A stretch of DNA of 63,647 nt, counting the filler, from Intoshia linei (Eukaryota; Animalia; Orthonectida): the NCBI GenBank assembly GCA_001642005.1. It is 6 parts of 6 records of this genome, joined end to end, with 100 filler letters (N's around TTAATTAATTAA, not from the genome) between each part and the next. Parts side by side here need not be neighbours in the genome. Positions count along the whole stretch, not along the records: positions 39,245 to 52,151 come from LWCA01001048.1; positions 52,252 to 58,806 come from LWCA01001659.1; 4 more parts are not named here. One strand, 5' to 3'. A program made the translations under genes and the position numbers. The notes under the pieces were generated by a model that saw only the letters and a program-made list of their open reading frames with translations, did no database searches and was not told where the DNA came from. Below, piece after piece: positions 40,788 to 54,469 of the stretch. Position 1 is the stretch's first letter. Every line of letters begins with the position of its first letter.

Positions 40788-43700
40788 ATGAAACGCCTGT
40801 TAATTGCCAATCGGGGAGAAATTGCGTGCAGAATTATTAGGTTTAATTTACATTATTGATATGATTGAATTCAATATTTAATTTTATTTCTCCAATTTAT
40901 CGTCTTTAACCATATAATCTATGTTTTCTTAATCAAACAGCAAATTTAACATTTATTTAAACTCTGATTGAAAAATTGATTCAAATTTTAATTATTTAAT
41001 TTATTTGAAACAAAACTCAACACTAAAACAAACCTCCAATTTACTTCAAAACGGTCCGAAAATCGATTTTAGGATCATGTTAAAAAAATTTTTAAAGTTC
41101 TTGCTTCAGACCCAGTTTCCAGAGGCGAACTTACCAATCTCGTGGCCACCTTAAAATAAAAAAATAGTAAACGATTTGTATTATATAGCTTATGTCATAG
41201 TCATCATTGATGACTAGGGCAAACTTTTTCTAACCTATAAAATCGTCAAAATATAACCTATCAAAATAAAATTCTAACTTTTTTAACCTATAAAAAATAC
41301 ATTAGACATTTAATTTGGGCCCTCCTGTTAAAAATATTTTTTAACGTTACTAGATAAAAAATTTTTTTGTTTTGTGAGTAATTTCTTCAGCATGCTAAAA
41401 CTTATTTCTACATGTTCTTCCTTCTTGTCATGTCACCTTCCTAATGTATATTATGTCAAGAAAATATGAAATCAGACACAGACACGAAAACGGCTTAGCT
41501 ACCCCTATGGGAGAATAATAATAATAACAATATTTAATATTATTATTCATGCTAATTACAGGTTAAGGGAACCCATTATTAAAGGACATGTCATTTTAGT
41601 TATGTAAAAAAATTCCGATAACCAGGAATTAGCATGTACAATATTATTTTATCTTTTTTATTATAATAATTGAAATTAATAATATTAAAAATTTCAGAGA
41701 AATCATACTTATAATCACGTACAACATGTAAGGTTTTGCTTTTGTTGTCTTGATTTTTTTAAATTTTTTTATTTCTTTAATTTTTTCTTCAATATAAATG
41801 CAAGAAAAATTAACAGATTTTACCAATTGATTCAATACATTTGAAAAACAGTATGTATCATAAAATGTTTGATTATAAATAGGATAATATCCCATAATAT
41901 CTACGCTTTGGATTTTCTTGTCGAAATACACATTTCTAATTGTAGTGTAATAATCATTTTCACATAATTGTGTTTTTTTATTTTTAGTGTAACCAATTTT
42001 ACATGAAAAATATTTTGATAATCATTGAAAATTAAAATCCAGTTTTGGTTTTATTTCACTGACAGTGGTCATACATAATTGATTTGAATTTTTATTAATA
42101 TACATTATTAACCCATTTGCATTTCTACTGTAATTCTTTATAGTTAATGCTCAATTTGGTACATGTTTTAGAGTCAATTTAACACCTTGATACACATTTG
42201 TAAGATAAATTTTCACTTGTTTGTTTCTGGTATCGGAAAATATGTTATTTATTTGATAATAGTCCAATCTAAAATTTGGTATATTAGTGACAAACATTTC
42301 AGCCCAATATTTGCCCCCATTTAAAGAAATGAAGTAATTTACATCATTAATAGCAATAAACACATTTACAGACCTTTTATCGAAATTTTTATCTTAACTA
42401 TAATTATAATACGATTTTGTCCAATGTTTACCACCAAAACTAAGTAAATACATAAACTTTTCAATGCTAACTTGTTGGTTAGTGTCATGCTTAACCCTAA
42501 TTCATGGTAATTTTGTGAATATTTTACATACACGTCTTTTTTTCAATTTGTAATTTATTAAATGATTCGGTATTATTGTAAGACACAAAACTTTGATGTG
42601 ATTTGAAACTGATTATCAGATACATGAATATTCAAAAATACCATATGAAAGTGTATAGTCCGTTTCATCTTTGGGTAGATTTGATAGATTCATCTTTTTA
42701 TAATTTGAAAAATTGTCATCTCTTTATGTAAAATACTAATTTATTACATTTAAGTAAAAAAACCATTTTAAAATATCCGAAATTTCTTTATCACAGTATT
42801 AAATATTTACATCAATTTTATTAAAAAATATTAAAATTTACTCTTATTTCTAGAAATATTCGTTTTCTCAATTCCATTACACTTATTCGATAATCTAAAT
42901 AATTTAAATTATAATTACTATCGTATGTTAGCATTCGAGTTTCTTTATTTGGTTGGTTAATATAATATTTATTGTTGTAATCAAATATAAGAGCATTTTT
43001 AATTATATTAGAATATTTGATTCCACTTATATCTCCGACTTTCATGATATAATTTGATTCGCTGTCAAATTTAATTGGGTGTTTTAATTTATTCATGTTT
43101 TTTTAAAATCTAGAGTGTATTGTGTTTCATCATTTTGTTTTATAAACCTTTCCTTTTGAGTTTTTAAATAATATACCCTTGATTTATCAGTACAAAATAG
43201 AAATTTTTTTTTATTGAAGCAGTTTTTATTTTCAAATTTTATTTCCAGTTTAATTACTTCGAGTTGGCCACTCAATGTCAATAGTAAATTATTAATGACA
43301 GGATAGTTTTTCTTAGTTTAATAGAAATAATTGAAATTGGTTTAATTGCATTGATAATGAATAATTTTATGTCATCAAATTTGTGTTTACATATTGTTTC
43401 AAAGAATTTTTCATTAAATGTATTTTTTTGTACTAAAACGATGCCTTCTTCTGTGTCCATAATTATTCTACCGTAGGCTATACTGTATATCGTTTTATTG
43501 TGCAGTTTTAATCCTACATCTTGGAAATCAAATTCAACACCATATATTACTGCCAATTTTAGAGTTATAACTAGTATAATATATTGGGATAGTTTTAGCA
43601 TTTTTTCGTAAATGGATATCATGATTATAATGTAAATATTGTAAATTCGTATTTCATTTCTAGAATGTAGTAAGGGAAATTTTATTTAATAACTATTAAA

Positions 43701-46700
43701 TTATATCAATATTACATGTATAATATACATTGTATATTATGCATTGTGTGTGTTTATCATTTATTTCAATATATACCAGTTTTAGAATTTTATAAAGTCC
43801 ACATTTCTATTAAATTTTTTCCGGGTGATAGTAAGATCAATTTCAACCTCCCAAACTCGCATCTTACGGGTAAAAAATCAAAACTATCAATTTTTTGAAA
43901 ATCAAACGAGTTCGAAAATTTAAAAAAATACGGATATATTCTGATACAGTTTTTAAAACCATAAATATTCTCATAAATTTAAATTTAAAAAAAATATGTA
44001 TTCAGGGCCAAAACCACAAATAACCTTTTTTTTTAAATTAAAACTACAACAACGAATTACTAACAATAATACAACTTTGTTATTATCATTTTTATATTTA
44101 TTATAATGCTGAGCAATATTGGTAAAATTGACCTGAAATATATTTCTAAAGTGCTGATTCTGTTAATTATTGATACATAATTGGTATTTTTAAGTATTTA
44201 TTAAATTGGTACTGAATATATATTATCACATTGAAAATGACAAAATAGGATTTTATAATTTTTTTTATTTTTTCTGGAATTTATGCTATTTAGGGCAATT
44301 TTTAGGATTGGACTGTTTTTACTTTATTTTTAATATTATACACACATTTTGTCTAATAAAATTGGACTGTTTTTACTTTATTTTTAATATTATACACACA
44401 TTCTGTCTAATAAAATTAAAAAGTTTTAACTTTATTTTTAATATTATACACACATTCTGTCTAATAAATTAAAAAAATGGGATAATAATTGTTTATTAAA
44501 ATTAATTACGCAAATGTTAACAAACAAAAAATTAGATGGAATAATTTACTTTGAAGTAAAAAGTAATGTGATATGATGGTTCCACCTGAAACAAGTTTTG
44601 GAACCACTCCTTTGAAGGATTGATAATAGTGAATAGTAGGATTTATAAATTAGATTTTTTACATGAATTTATTTTTTTGGTAGAATAAAAATGTACCCTC
44701 GGCTAGGTGCTGGTGCTGTTTGTACGTAGTACATAACAGTCAACTTAGTTTATTATAATTGATGTTTGTTTTGTTGGAGATCAAATCTAAGTTTGATTAG
44801 AAATTTTCTCAATGCCTGTTCAATCTAATATATGTATTGTTATTGTAGAATTGAAAGACAAATGCATTTTTTTAAAGTTTCAAAGTGGTTGATGTTATAA
44901 TATATCTTTCCATGTCTTATGTTGAATAAATAACCCCTGTATAGCAGTGAAATTAATGTTTCAATAATTTAATAAACATTTTGATAGATTTTATTTTATT
45001 ATTATTTGGTGTATTATAATTATAAACCGTGCAAAAGTTTTAGGCACCTTAGATAAAAGATTCTCAGTACTAAATTACAACGTTTTTTTATGTTTTGTAG
45101 TATGTAAATATTAAAAACAGATTTCATTACATACCAAATTTTTTGAATTTCCAAATCAAATATTACCTTACCAATAAAATGTTATTAATAATTTTATAAA
45201 TGTCGCTTATAGTTTTGGTGTAAAAGTTTTAGGTACTTAGTTATCTTCATTGATACGTACATAATTTTAGTCATAAATTATTAGCTCAATTGTAAAAAAA
45301 TTGAGAAGAGTAGTCATTTAGTTTTTATTTTGAAGCCGTGTTAATGGGGTGTCTAAAACTTTTAAACGAGTCTGTATATTAAAATTATGAGGCCAAGACA
45401 TGTTTTAAAAAAAATTAATATTGGTAATATATGTATAACATATATAATAATGTAAACATAATTTAAATGTTAGAACTGCACGAAAAATGGAAATTGAAAC
45501 AGTTTCCGTGTTCAGTGATGCTGACAGAATATCTTTGCATACAAAAATGGTAACATTTTGATGAACCCTTTATATCAGCCATTCTCAACTGGGTCCATGT
45601 GGACCCCTTGGGGTCCACAGCACTTTTTTTGGGGGGTCTATGAAAATTATATACATTTATTACATATTATAGACATTTTCAGTAATATAAAGTCGTTTTT
45701 AAAACATAAAGGCTCAGAAATACTAATATAAAACGTGAAATCATGTAAAAGTAAATTCTTTGGTATTAAATTAAATTACTTACAAATGTAAAAACTTATT
45801 GGGAAACCTGCATTGTTCTATTTAAGGAGCAGCGGTTTTATTTAATTTTTTTTTAAATTTATGACCGAGCCAAGTTTCTAGTCATAAAAAAAAAACTTTA
45901 AATGTCAAATTGAAAATGGGAAAAAAAATCAGTCAATATTCATGATTCTATGAAACATCAATCAAGGGATATAAAATATTAATTCTTCACAAGGAAGATA
46001 AATAATATAGACTTTTTATTGATCTGATAAAATATGTAGTAAACAATTAATAATGTACTGTAAACAATACCTGAAAAACATGTTCCATTTTGGGAACATT
46101 GACGGTTTAAAGGTTAATATTAATAGTTCATCAAGTTTACCACCTTGCAAATATAGAGTACTCCATGTCTTTTAACCATCATTGTTTCACCCAAATGTAA
46201 TGATTTATTAAAAATTGTCATTATTATTAATTTTTTTGGGGGTACGCAGTGAAAAAGGGTTGAGAATGCCTGATTTATAGTTTTGACTTAATTGTAATAT
46301 GTATAAAATATGATTGTATGTTACGTGTATTGTACATATTGTACATACGTGTATGTTTGTATATATATATATATATATTTTGTGTATATATTGTTTCAAA
46401 TTATTTTAAAAACGAAAAGTTTTAGAATTAAAAAAGCACTAACACTAAAACCATTTTCAAACACTAAGAAACATCACACTCGAAAAAATTGATATGAATT
46501 TTGGTTTTAATTAATTTTAGGACTGAATTTTTTAGATAAACGGTAACAAACACCCACTGACACTGATATTCAATTTTAAATGACTGAAGGAAATTAATTT
46601 TTTTATCCATAAAATTTGTGATATTTTGCAATTTTTTGAAATTAATATTTGCAAATGAAGATTTAGAAGCTAAAAATTTTATCAATCGATATAATTAATG

Positions 46701-49700
46701 TAAATGATTAAATTTCTACTGAAAATTCAAAAGGGTACGTTTTATCTCTAATGTGCAGTCATTTTTGAATTTCAAAGTTTTGATTTGATTTAAATTTTGA
46801 AAATAAATTGAATTTATTGAACTAAAAATTAGGCAGACAAATCTGTATACATTGGAAATGCTCACCCTACACAGAGTTACTTGAAAATGGATAAAATCGT
46901 TGATGCAGCATTAAATAGTAATTGCCAAGCTATACACCCTGGATATGGATTTTTATCAGAAAATGCAAATTTTGCCGAAATGTGCGAAGGTGTAGGATTG
47001 ATATTTGTTGGTCCTCCGGCAAATAGTATTAAAAAGATGGGCATTAAAAGGTATTGAGCACTATAACAAAATTTTAATTTTAATTGAATTTATTGTACAT
47101 TTAAGTACATCTAAAGAAATTATGGACAAAGCTGGTGTGCCAATAATTCCTGGGTATCATGGAATAGAAAATGACAATGAAATGCTATTCAATGAAGCTA
47201 AAAGGATTGGATTTCCTGTAATGATTAAAGCTGTTTTAGGAGGTGGCGGAAAGGTATAACATATTTATATTCATACAATTGTATTTGCGTATTTTAATTT
47301 TTAGGGCATGCGATTGTGTTTAAATGAATCTAGTTTTATTGAACAACTAGAATCAGCACGTTCCGAAGCATTAAAATCATTTGGTGATTCTAATATGCTT
47401 ATCGAGAAATATATTATTCAACCTAGGTAAATTTTAATTTTATTATATATTTTATTTTATTTTTTTTGTTCATAAATATTATTCATATCAAATCTATTTG
47501 TACCATTTTTTAAAATAAATTTACTTGTCGAGATTTTCGAGTCGAGTGGTTTTGTCCTTTTTCAACCTTTTTCATGAGTTTTATTGTATTTTGTATTTAA
47601 ATTTAAAAGATTTATTTGATGATGATTGTTTTACAATAATAATACATATGTTTAATGTAATTAATTAAAATATGAAATTTAACGGTTTATTATATTATTA
47701 TTGGGTTTCATTTTAGTTTAGATTTTTACAATAAATTAAAGGGATGAGTTTTAGAGTTTTTTTGTATAGTTAATAAGGTAACAGAGTTTAATATGGTTTT
47801 TCGAGTATTTTTTAAAATTTTTCTAAATTTAAGATTAATAAAATTACTTTGACTATTATTACATAGTACTTTTAATTGAAACATTTGAATAATTAAAATT
47901 ATTACACTTCTAATATTTTGTCTGTAATATATAACCTTGAAATCAATTATAAAATTTTATAAATTTAGAAATTTATAGTTTTTAGGCATATTGAATCACA
48001 AATATTTGCTGACAATTATGGAAATTGTGTTTATCTTTCAGAAAGAGATGTATTTATTTATTTTTTCATTCTATTATTATTTTACAATAGTGCTTTATTT
48101 ATTTCCATACATAATTTCGTTTAGTGCAGTATTCAGAGACGCCATCAAAAGGTAAAATAATTAAATTATGTACTAAGTCTTAGTAAGATGTAATAAATAA
48201 CAACATATTTTTATTATTTATATAATTAAAATTTTTTTCATTTTTTTATGGAACGTAATTAAGAAATTGCGTTCATAAAAAAACAAAAATCTTAAATTAT
48301 TTAAACAAGTTTGTTTTAAAAATATGTAGATTTTTTTGTCTGAATTTTAAAGTTAAAGAAATTAATAAGGTGCAACAAAACATTTCAGTTTTATACTAAA
48401 TGTTATCATATGGATTTTAAGGGTTTATATTTGGGAAGTGAATAAATCCCTTTAGAATTTATTTTATTTTGATTATAAAAATGTAATTGTGTTGTGTGTA
48501 ATTTTTAAATATAAACAGATTATTGATAATTATCAAATTATATACAAATTATAATTTGTATAATATAAAAATACCGTGGCTAATATTCATCCAATTTTTA
48601 TAAAATACATGCATACCTCCTTGATAGAGTGTCAGTGGTACCGTACCGCTAATGTACAATGTACATAATATTGATGTTATTAGTAAATATAATTTAGGTT
48701 ATCGAGGAAGCTCCGGCGGTAACTACACATTTAATAGTTAAAAATACAGGAAACTCGTAATTAGTGCGGTTCATAAATACTGCCAACATTTAAAATGATG
48801 AAGTTATCCGGTATACAATTCTCTCTTCGATTAATTCTTCTTTAAGTATCAATTGAAATTTTTGGCGTTGGTTTTGTATATTTTTACAATTTTAGTTATG
48901 TTTAATGATCATAAATTTAATATTATGATCAATTCTAAGCCGAAGGTGTCGCGAAATGTAAATTAAAAGTGTGTTAGCATATTTTTTTAATCGATTAGAC
49001 ATTCAAAGGTTTTGCTTTTATTTGTGGGTTACTTTGTATAATATTATACAATTTAAATATTTTCAGTCTAATAAGTCAAATATAAAACTAGTCTTCTCAG
49101 AAATTTATTTAGATTGGTACCGTTAAGTCTTAACAAATTAGTGTGCACAGATACATTTCCTGTATTTAATAAATCTAATATAAATGTACATTATAGCCTG
49201 GACTCGACTCTATTATTCAAATTAAAATTGGTGAAACTGCTGTAAAAGCAGCTCAAGCTGTAGGGTACACTGGAGCAGGTTAATATTAAAACTAAAATGA
49301 CATTTTATTATTATTATTAATATATTTTATTGTACTGTATATTATACATATGTATCCACTGCGTTCTAAGTTATTATGCAAACATTAAAAACATTAATCA
49401 ATTATATACGAGTTAATAAATTTGGTTAATTTTTTTATCATATTTATATATTCAACTAATAATACTTTAACGTCTCAAGAAAAATGTAATGTATTCAAAA
49501 AAAATGAATACACGAAGATTTAAGAAAATTTTGTGATTTTTGGTGTGCCAAATTATTATGCAAATAAATATTAAACAATTATTTCTTGTTAATACGTACA
49601 AATAAATTTATAAAAATATTTAAATAATATAATCCATTGTATTTTAAACCAAATTCAAGTAAAAAAATGTAATTAAACTTTACATATTAATATACCCCCT

Positions 49701-52075
49701 TTCCTGGATATTACAAGAAAAAGTCGTTTATCCATGGATTTTCTGATGTTTTTATTGTTTTTTCAGCGATTGTTTTGATTTCTTTCAAAATTGCATGCCA
49801 GATATCGTTTTTGATTGATATTGTTTATTCCCACTGTATATTTTTCTTTTAATTATGGATCATAGATTTTCAATACAATTAAGATCGGAAAACACATTAT
49901 TTTTTCTGATCCATAGCCATTGTAAGAAAGATATTCTTTTGTATGATAGGATGCGTGAGTTGGGATATTACCATGCATAAAAATGAAATTTTGAAGAAAG
50001 CTTTTTCCCCTTTTTTTTATCCACGAAAAAACTTTATATTTTAAAAACTCGCAGTATGTGTGAGAATTAATTTTGACTCCATCATCTAACTTAAAATATC
50101 CAATAATAGTGTTTTTCACAATTTCTGTCCAAATCATTATACTGTTACCTCCTGGATGCCGCCTTAAACGGTTTGGTGGTGATCTGTTATTCACTTACCA
50201 ACCCTTACTCCAAGAACCTGGCCAATATAAAGATATTCTAATTTCATGCTATATATTTACTTTACTATATTTAATTTATATGCCACATAATTTTTGTGGA
50301 AATAACAAAGTTTAATAAAATGGTATACAATGTGCAATATAATTAAAATGTAGGAACCGTTGAATTTATCATGGATCAGAATAAAAATTTTTATTTTATG
50401 GAAATGAATACTAGATTGCAAGTAGAGCATCCGGTATAGATTTTATGCATTTAATAATAATAATTTATTATTATTAAAAAGTTTGCACCTTTTTTATTAA
50501 TTTTAATTTACTTCTTTTGATTAATTTCTGTTTAATTTTCGCGAACCCTATTCAGTAGTGATTTCCAACTACGAAGATTTGAATTCATATAGTTTCATAG
50601 ATTTAGATATCATAGAGGTTTATATCATACTAAAAATAATCTTTTTCGTTTTTAATCTAAATAATCAATCTTTCTGACTTTGTTTACGGGTGTTTCAAAT
50701 TAAACCCATAAAACCAGCAAATAAAAATTAATTGTTGTTTCTGAATAAGACGATGATCATGCCTTTTTATAACTACAATTTTTATAAAATGATAACCAAC
50801 AGGTAAATCTTAGAATTCAATTTTCAATTAATTTTGGGCTAAAATAGGATTTACATGTAAATTGTAATTACTATTATTATATAATTGAAATTACTCCCAA
50901 AAATAAAACGATATAAAATATTAAATTATTATTAATCATAGAATTAATAGTTTATTTTTATTTGTATTATTAGGTAACAGAAATGATAACAAATTTGGAC
51001 TTGGTGGAATGGCAATTGCGGGTAGCGCGAGGAGAAGTATTGCCCATTGTTGATCAGAATAATATAAAAATAAATGGGCATTCTATTGAAGCAAGAATAT
51101 ATGCAGAAGATACTAATAATAATTTTATGCCGACACCTGGAAAAATTGGACAATTAGTGCCTCCTGAAATTAACAAAAATATTAGAATTGATTCCGGGAT
51201 TGTTCAAGGTTATTTCTAAAAATTTGAAATTACAAAGTTTGGACTCTAAACTTTGGATCAGTCCATTTATTCAATTTTTATTATTTTTTTAATTTAATCC
51301 TTATAAATGAAATCAAAATTGGTGTATTTTATAATGTTTAAATCTATATGTGGAAGCGTCCGACCTCAACAGTGTATTAAGGTTAATTAAAATGTAAATA
51401 AAAAAATATAAAAATTCAAATTATGTCGCGACCCTCTTTAAAACCGTTGTAATATGATGGGTAAGTGTAAACGTTGCCAATTTAGGTGATGAAATATCTA
51501 TTTACTATGACCCAATGATATCTAAAGTTATTGCAAAAGGTGAAAATCGCAATGAAGCTAAATTGAATTTAATTGATGCATTACAAAATTATCAGGTTTA
51601 ATTATAAAACACGTACATTTTTTATCGTTACATTATTATTAAATTGCGATTATTAGAAAGGATATATAATGATATAGTGGCATTTTAATCATTCAATCAT
51701 TAGATTAAAATGATTATAATCTTGATATTGCTTAATATATTCTGATAGTAGATGAAACAAATTTTAACAAACATTTTTAATATGCGAGTTTTTTGTTTTT
51801 TTATCTGAAACGCAAATCAAAATGTAACATTTAAGATAATAAACTATTTAGATTGGAGGTGTGACTACAAATCAAGATTTTCTGTTGTCTATTCTTCAGA
51901 ATAGTAAATTTGAACCGGAATATTTACAAACTGATTTTATTGACAAATTTGTTAAAAATGAATTGAAAGTTGATAAAAATGACATATCGAAAGAAACTGT
52001 TGATGAAATATCTCGGGTGGCTTGTGCTCATCATATCCATTTCTTGTCTCAAGTTAATCGTAATTTTTCTATACG
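40788..52075 (+). CDS. MCCC1: 3-methylcrotonyl-CoA carboxylase alpha subunit (biotin carboxylase domain, 13 visible exons); C-terminal biotinyl domain not seen in the window
   Basis: [41 protein letters not shown] (MCCA-type), [70 protein letters not shown]. Confidence 0.92.
41644..43622 (-). pseudogene. Disrupted intronless VPS10/sortilin-like membrane protein gene nested antisense in MCCC1 intron 1
   Basis: Signal peptide [21 protein letters not shown], Asp-box-like SFGGKHWT and [27 protein letters not shown]...YC, C-terminal TM plus basic tail. Several frameshifts and stops; collinear with the 670-aa ORF at 55836-57848. Confidence 0.72.
43720..44748 (+). mobile_element. Near full-length non-autonomous Helitron-family copy
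   Basis: Body homologous to the 28950 and 58083 copies; internal tandem repeats at 44307-44470; 3' hairpin ctgtttgtac-gta-gtacataacag then ...cttag^t. Confidence 0.72.
45023..45374. mobile_element. Tc1-like MITE remnant
   Basis: gtgcaaaagttttaggcacc, internal repeat gtgtaaaagttttaggtac and inverted gtgtctaaaactttt...ctgta. Confidence 0.5.
45576..46272. mobile_element. hAT (Charlie-like) non-autonomous element in MCCC1 intron 2
   Basis: TIR cagccattctcaac / gttgagaatgcctg; subterminal ggggtcca/gggggtacgc; near-TSD ctttatat/atttatag. Confidence 0.75.
49357..50240 (-). mobile_element. Decayed Tc1 transposon fragment in an MCCC1 intron
   Basis: [34 protein letters not shown] (degenerate QDNAP.H). 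The terminal region has a repeated ttattatgcaaa (IR/DR style). Confidence 0.8.
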
Positions 52076-52258
52076 TTATGTTACATTTTTGTAAAATTAC
52101 ATTTTTATTTTACTATACAGTGCCGGTCAAAAGTCTTGGACTCTCCCCATANNNNNNNNNNNNNNNNNNNNNNNNNNNNNNNNNNNNNNNNNNNNTTAAT
52201 TAATTAANNNNNNNNNNNNNNNNNNNNNNNNNNNNNNNNNNNNNNNNNNNNATTAAAA

Positions 52259-52960
52259 GTGAAACAAAGGCATGGCATATTATTGTCTATCACGACCGTA
52301 AATAAATGTTTTAAAAACTTTCACTATACATTTAAAAGGATTGTAGGAATAAAACAAAACATTAAGGTGGAATCTGTTCAAGAAGAACAACAGCGTTTTA
52401 AGAAATGTTATCAAAATATTGTTTTAGAGAAAGGCGCAGAAAAAGTTTTTTATATCGATCAGATTGGATTCAATGTATGCTTGCGATCAAAATCATTTAC
52501 TGGAGAATTAGCTAACAGTACCTTAGTTAGACTTACTTCTGGAGTTCGATTCAAAAATCGAATATTTTGTCTTGCTATAAATAAGACGGGTCACATTTAT
52601 TACAAGTTTCAGTCTATCGTTTATAACGCAGATACTTTTTACAATTTTATGGAAAGTTTTATCGAGTGGATTGCTGAAAAAAAATTAACAGATTGCATGT
52701 TTATTTTGAACAATGTTCAATTTCAACATAATTCCAATATAGTCCAACTTGTTAAAGATAACGGACATAGCATGGAATGTGTACCTTTTAGTGCTGACTT
52801 TAGCCCCGTTGAGATTCTTTTCAATAATTGGCAGACTAATATTAGAATGGCGAAACCGAATAATTTTGATGAATTGGATAAATTAATGATTCACGAGTTA
52901 AATTCAATAACTTGCGAAAATTGTGATACTTTTTTCTCCAATGTTTTTACACGTGTGTAA
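52259..52960 (+). CDS. IS630/Tc1-family (DDE_3-like) transposase-derived ORF, 5' end in a gap, catalytic motif degenerate
   Basis: HTH-like SITTVNKCFKNFHYTFKR, VFYIDQIGFN, FILNNVQFQH, VPFSADFSPVEILFNNW; 233 uninterrupted codons. Confidence 0.8.
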   Translation: MKQRHGILLSITTVNKCFKNFHYTFKRIVGIKQNIKVESVQEEQQRFKKCYQNIVLEKGAEKVFYIDQIGFNVCLRSKSFTGELANSTLVRLTSGVRFKNRIFCLAINKTGHIYYKFQSIVYNADTFYNFMESFIEWIAEKKLTDCMFILNNVQFQHNSNIVQLVKDNGHSMECVPFSADFSPVEILFNNWQTNIRMAKPNNFDELDKLMIHELNSITCENCDTFFSNVFTRV

Positions 52961-53090
52961 TTTACTTTATCTATTAAATATATGACTATTATTTACTTAT
53001 TTTTAATTCGCAAGTTATATAAATACCCATTTAACGGTGAAACGTATTACTGAATTATATGAAAAACGTGTATATATAGAGATCATAAAA

Positions 53091-53782
53091 TCCTTTACTT
53101 AAATAAAAATGAATGTCTGTGTGTGAAAGGATTGTAATATATATAAAAATGATAATAAAAAAGTTGTATTACTTATGGTAATTCGTTGTTGTAGTTTAAA
53201 TTTTAAAAATCGTTTTAAAATGAGAATTTAAAAATTGCATGGCAATAAAAAAAATTCCGAAAAATGGATTATATAGATTTTCACCCATATTTCTTTATTG
53301 GAAATGTGTAGACGTTCAATGCACACTTTTTTGAAATTGTAAGATCAATATTTACATTTTCATTTTTATTATTATTATTAACCGTTTAATAATTTTCGAA
53401 ATATTTGAAAAATATGTGTTGATATTATATTAAAAATTATTTTTCACCGGCAATGCGTCGATTTCTGAGGTTGAAATTTCGTATTTATATAAACTGAAAT
53501 AAGCTCTATAAGAATAATTTTTTTTTTAATTTTCGGACTGTTGATTATTTCAAATTTTTGCTTTAATAAAATATTTCAGATAAAAAATATATGAATATTA
53601 AACTGCTTTTTTGACCGTGAAGGTGTCACTTATTCAGATTGAAATTTTTTGTGTGTGTTAACAGGATACAACTGTACCTTTCTAGAGCTGTTTTTATTTG
53701 AAAAAAATTTAATTGGTATAATAAAAGAGTGCCTTCGGCAGAGCTAGGTGCTGTTGGTACGTAGTACAAAACTGCCAAGCTA
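53091..53782 (+). mobile_element. Rearranged Helitron-family copy (5' TC end, inverted internal segment, 3' hairpin end)
   Basis: a^tcctttacttaaataa start; 53395-53680 is the reverse complement of 58508-58806; 3' end ggtgctgttggtacgtagtacaaaactgccaagcta. Confidence 0.62.
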
Positions 53783-54469
53783 TTAATATATATAATTTTA
53801 GTGAGGTCTCTCAATACCGCTACTATTTTTTAAATTTGTAACAAACTTATAAGGAAAATTCTCAATACCGCCACATATTTAAAAAAATTTGTCAAATTGT
53901 GTTAAAATTTAACTTAAATTTTATACAAAAATATAGTAGCACTAGTTTACAATAAATTAGTTCGTTCTATATTTTACTTTATCGTTAATTCTACTTCATA
54001 ATTTATTCTATCCTCATTTAGAACAACTAATTTAAAGTTTACATACGATTTGTTATATAGTTAACTTTTTTAAAGCATAATAATGTTTTATAGAAAATGA
54101 GGAACAAAAAGAGATCTAGATTAAATTTCACAGAAAAATTTGAAATAATTCGATTTCTACAAATAAATAAAATTATTTACAATTTTTAGTTGTTTTTATT
54201 CTTAAGATAATTATATATCATTCATAGTATATTAATTTCATTCTATTATATTGTTTTGGTTACTTGAATTATCGTTTTTTCGTTATTTTAATGTATTTAT
54301 TGTTTATTGTTTAATTGTTATAGAAACGATTACGCTACTAGTAATTTTACTATTATATTAAATTTTTACCTACAAAAAAACGGCGCACTATCAAAAGATC
54401 GTAAAAATATACTAATGTTAGAATTTATAATTGAATTGGATAAAAAAATATATACTCTGGTGTAAACAC

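Noticed and set aside
40788-40840. Bacterial-like start of the biotin carboxylase suggesting contamination or recent HGT
   Set aside because: The gene has many spliceosomal introns and the animal MCCA-type MGIKSTSK motif.
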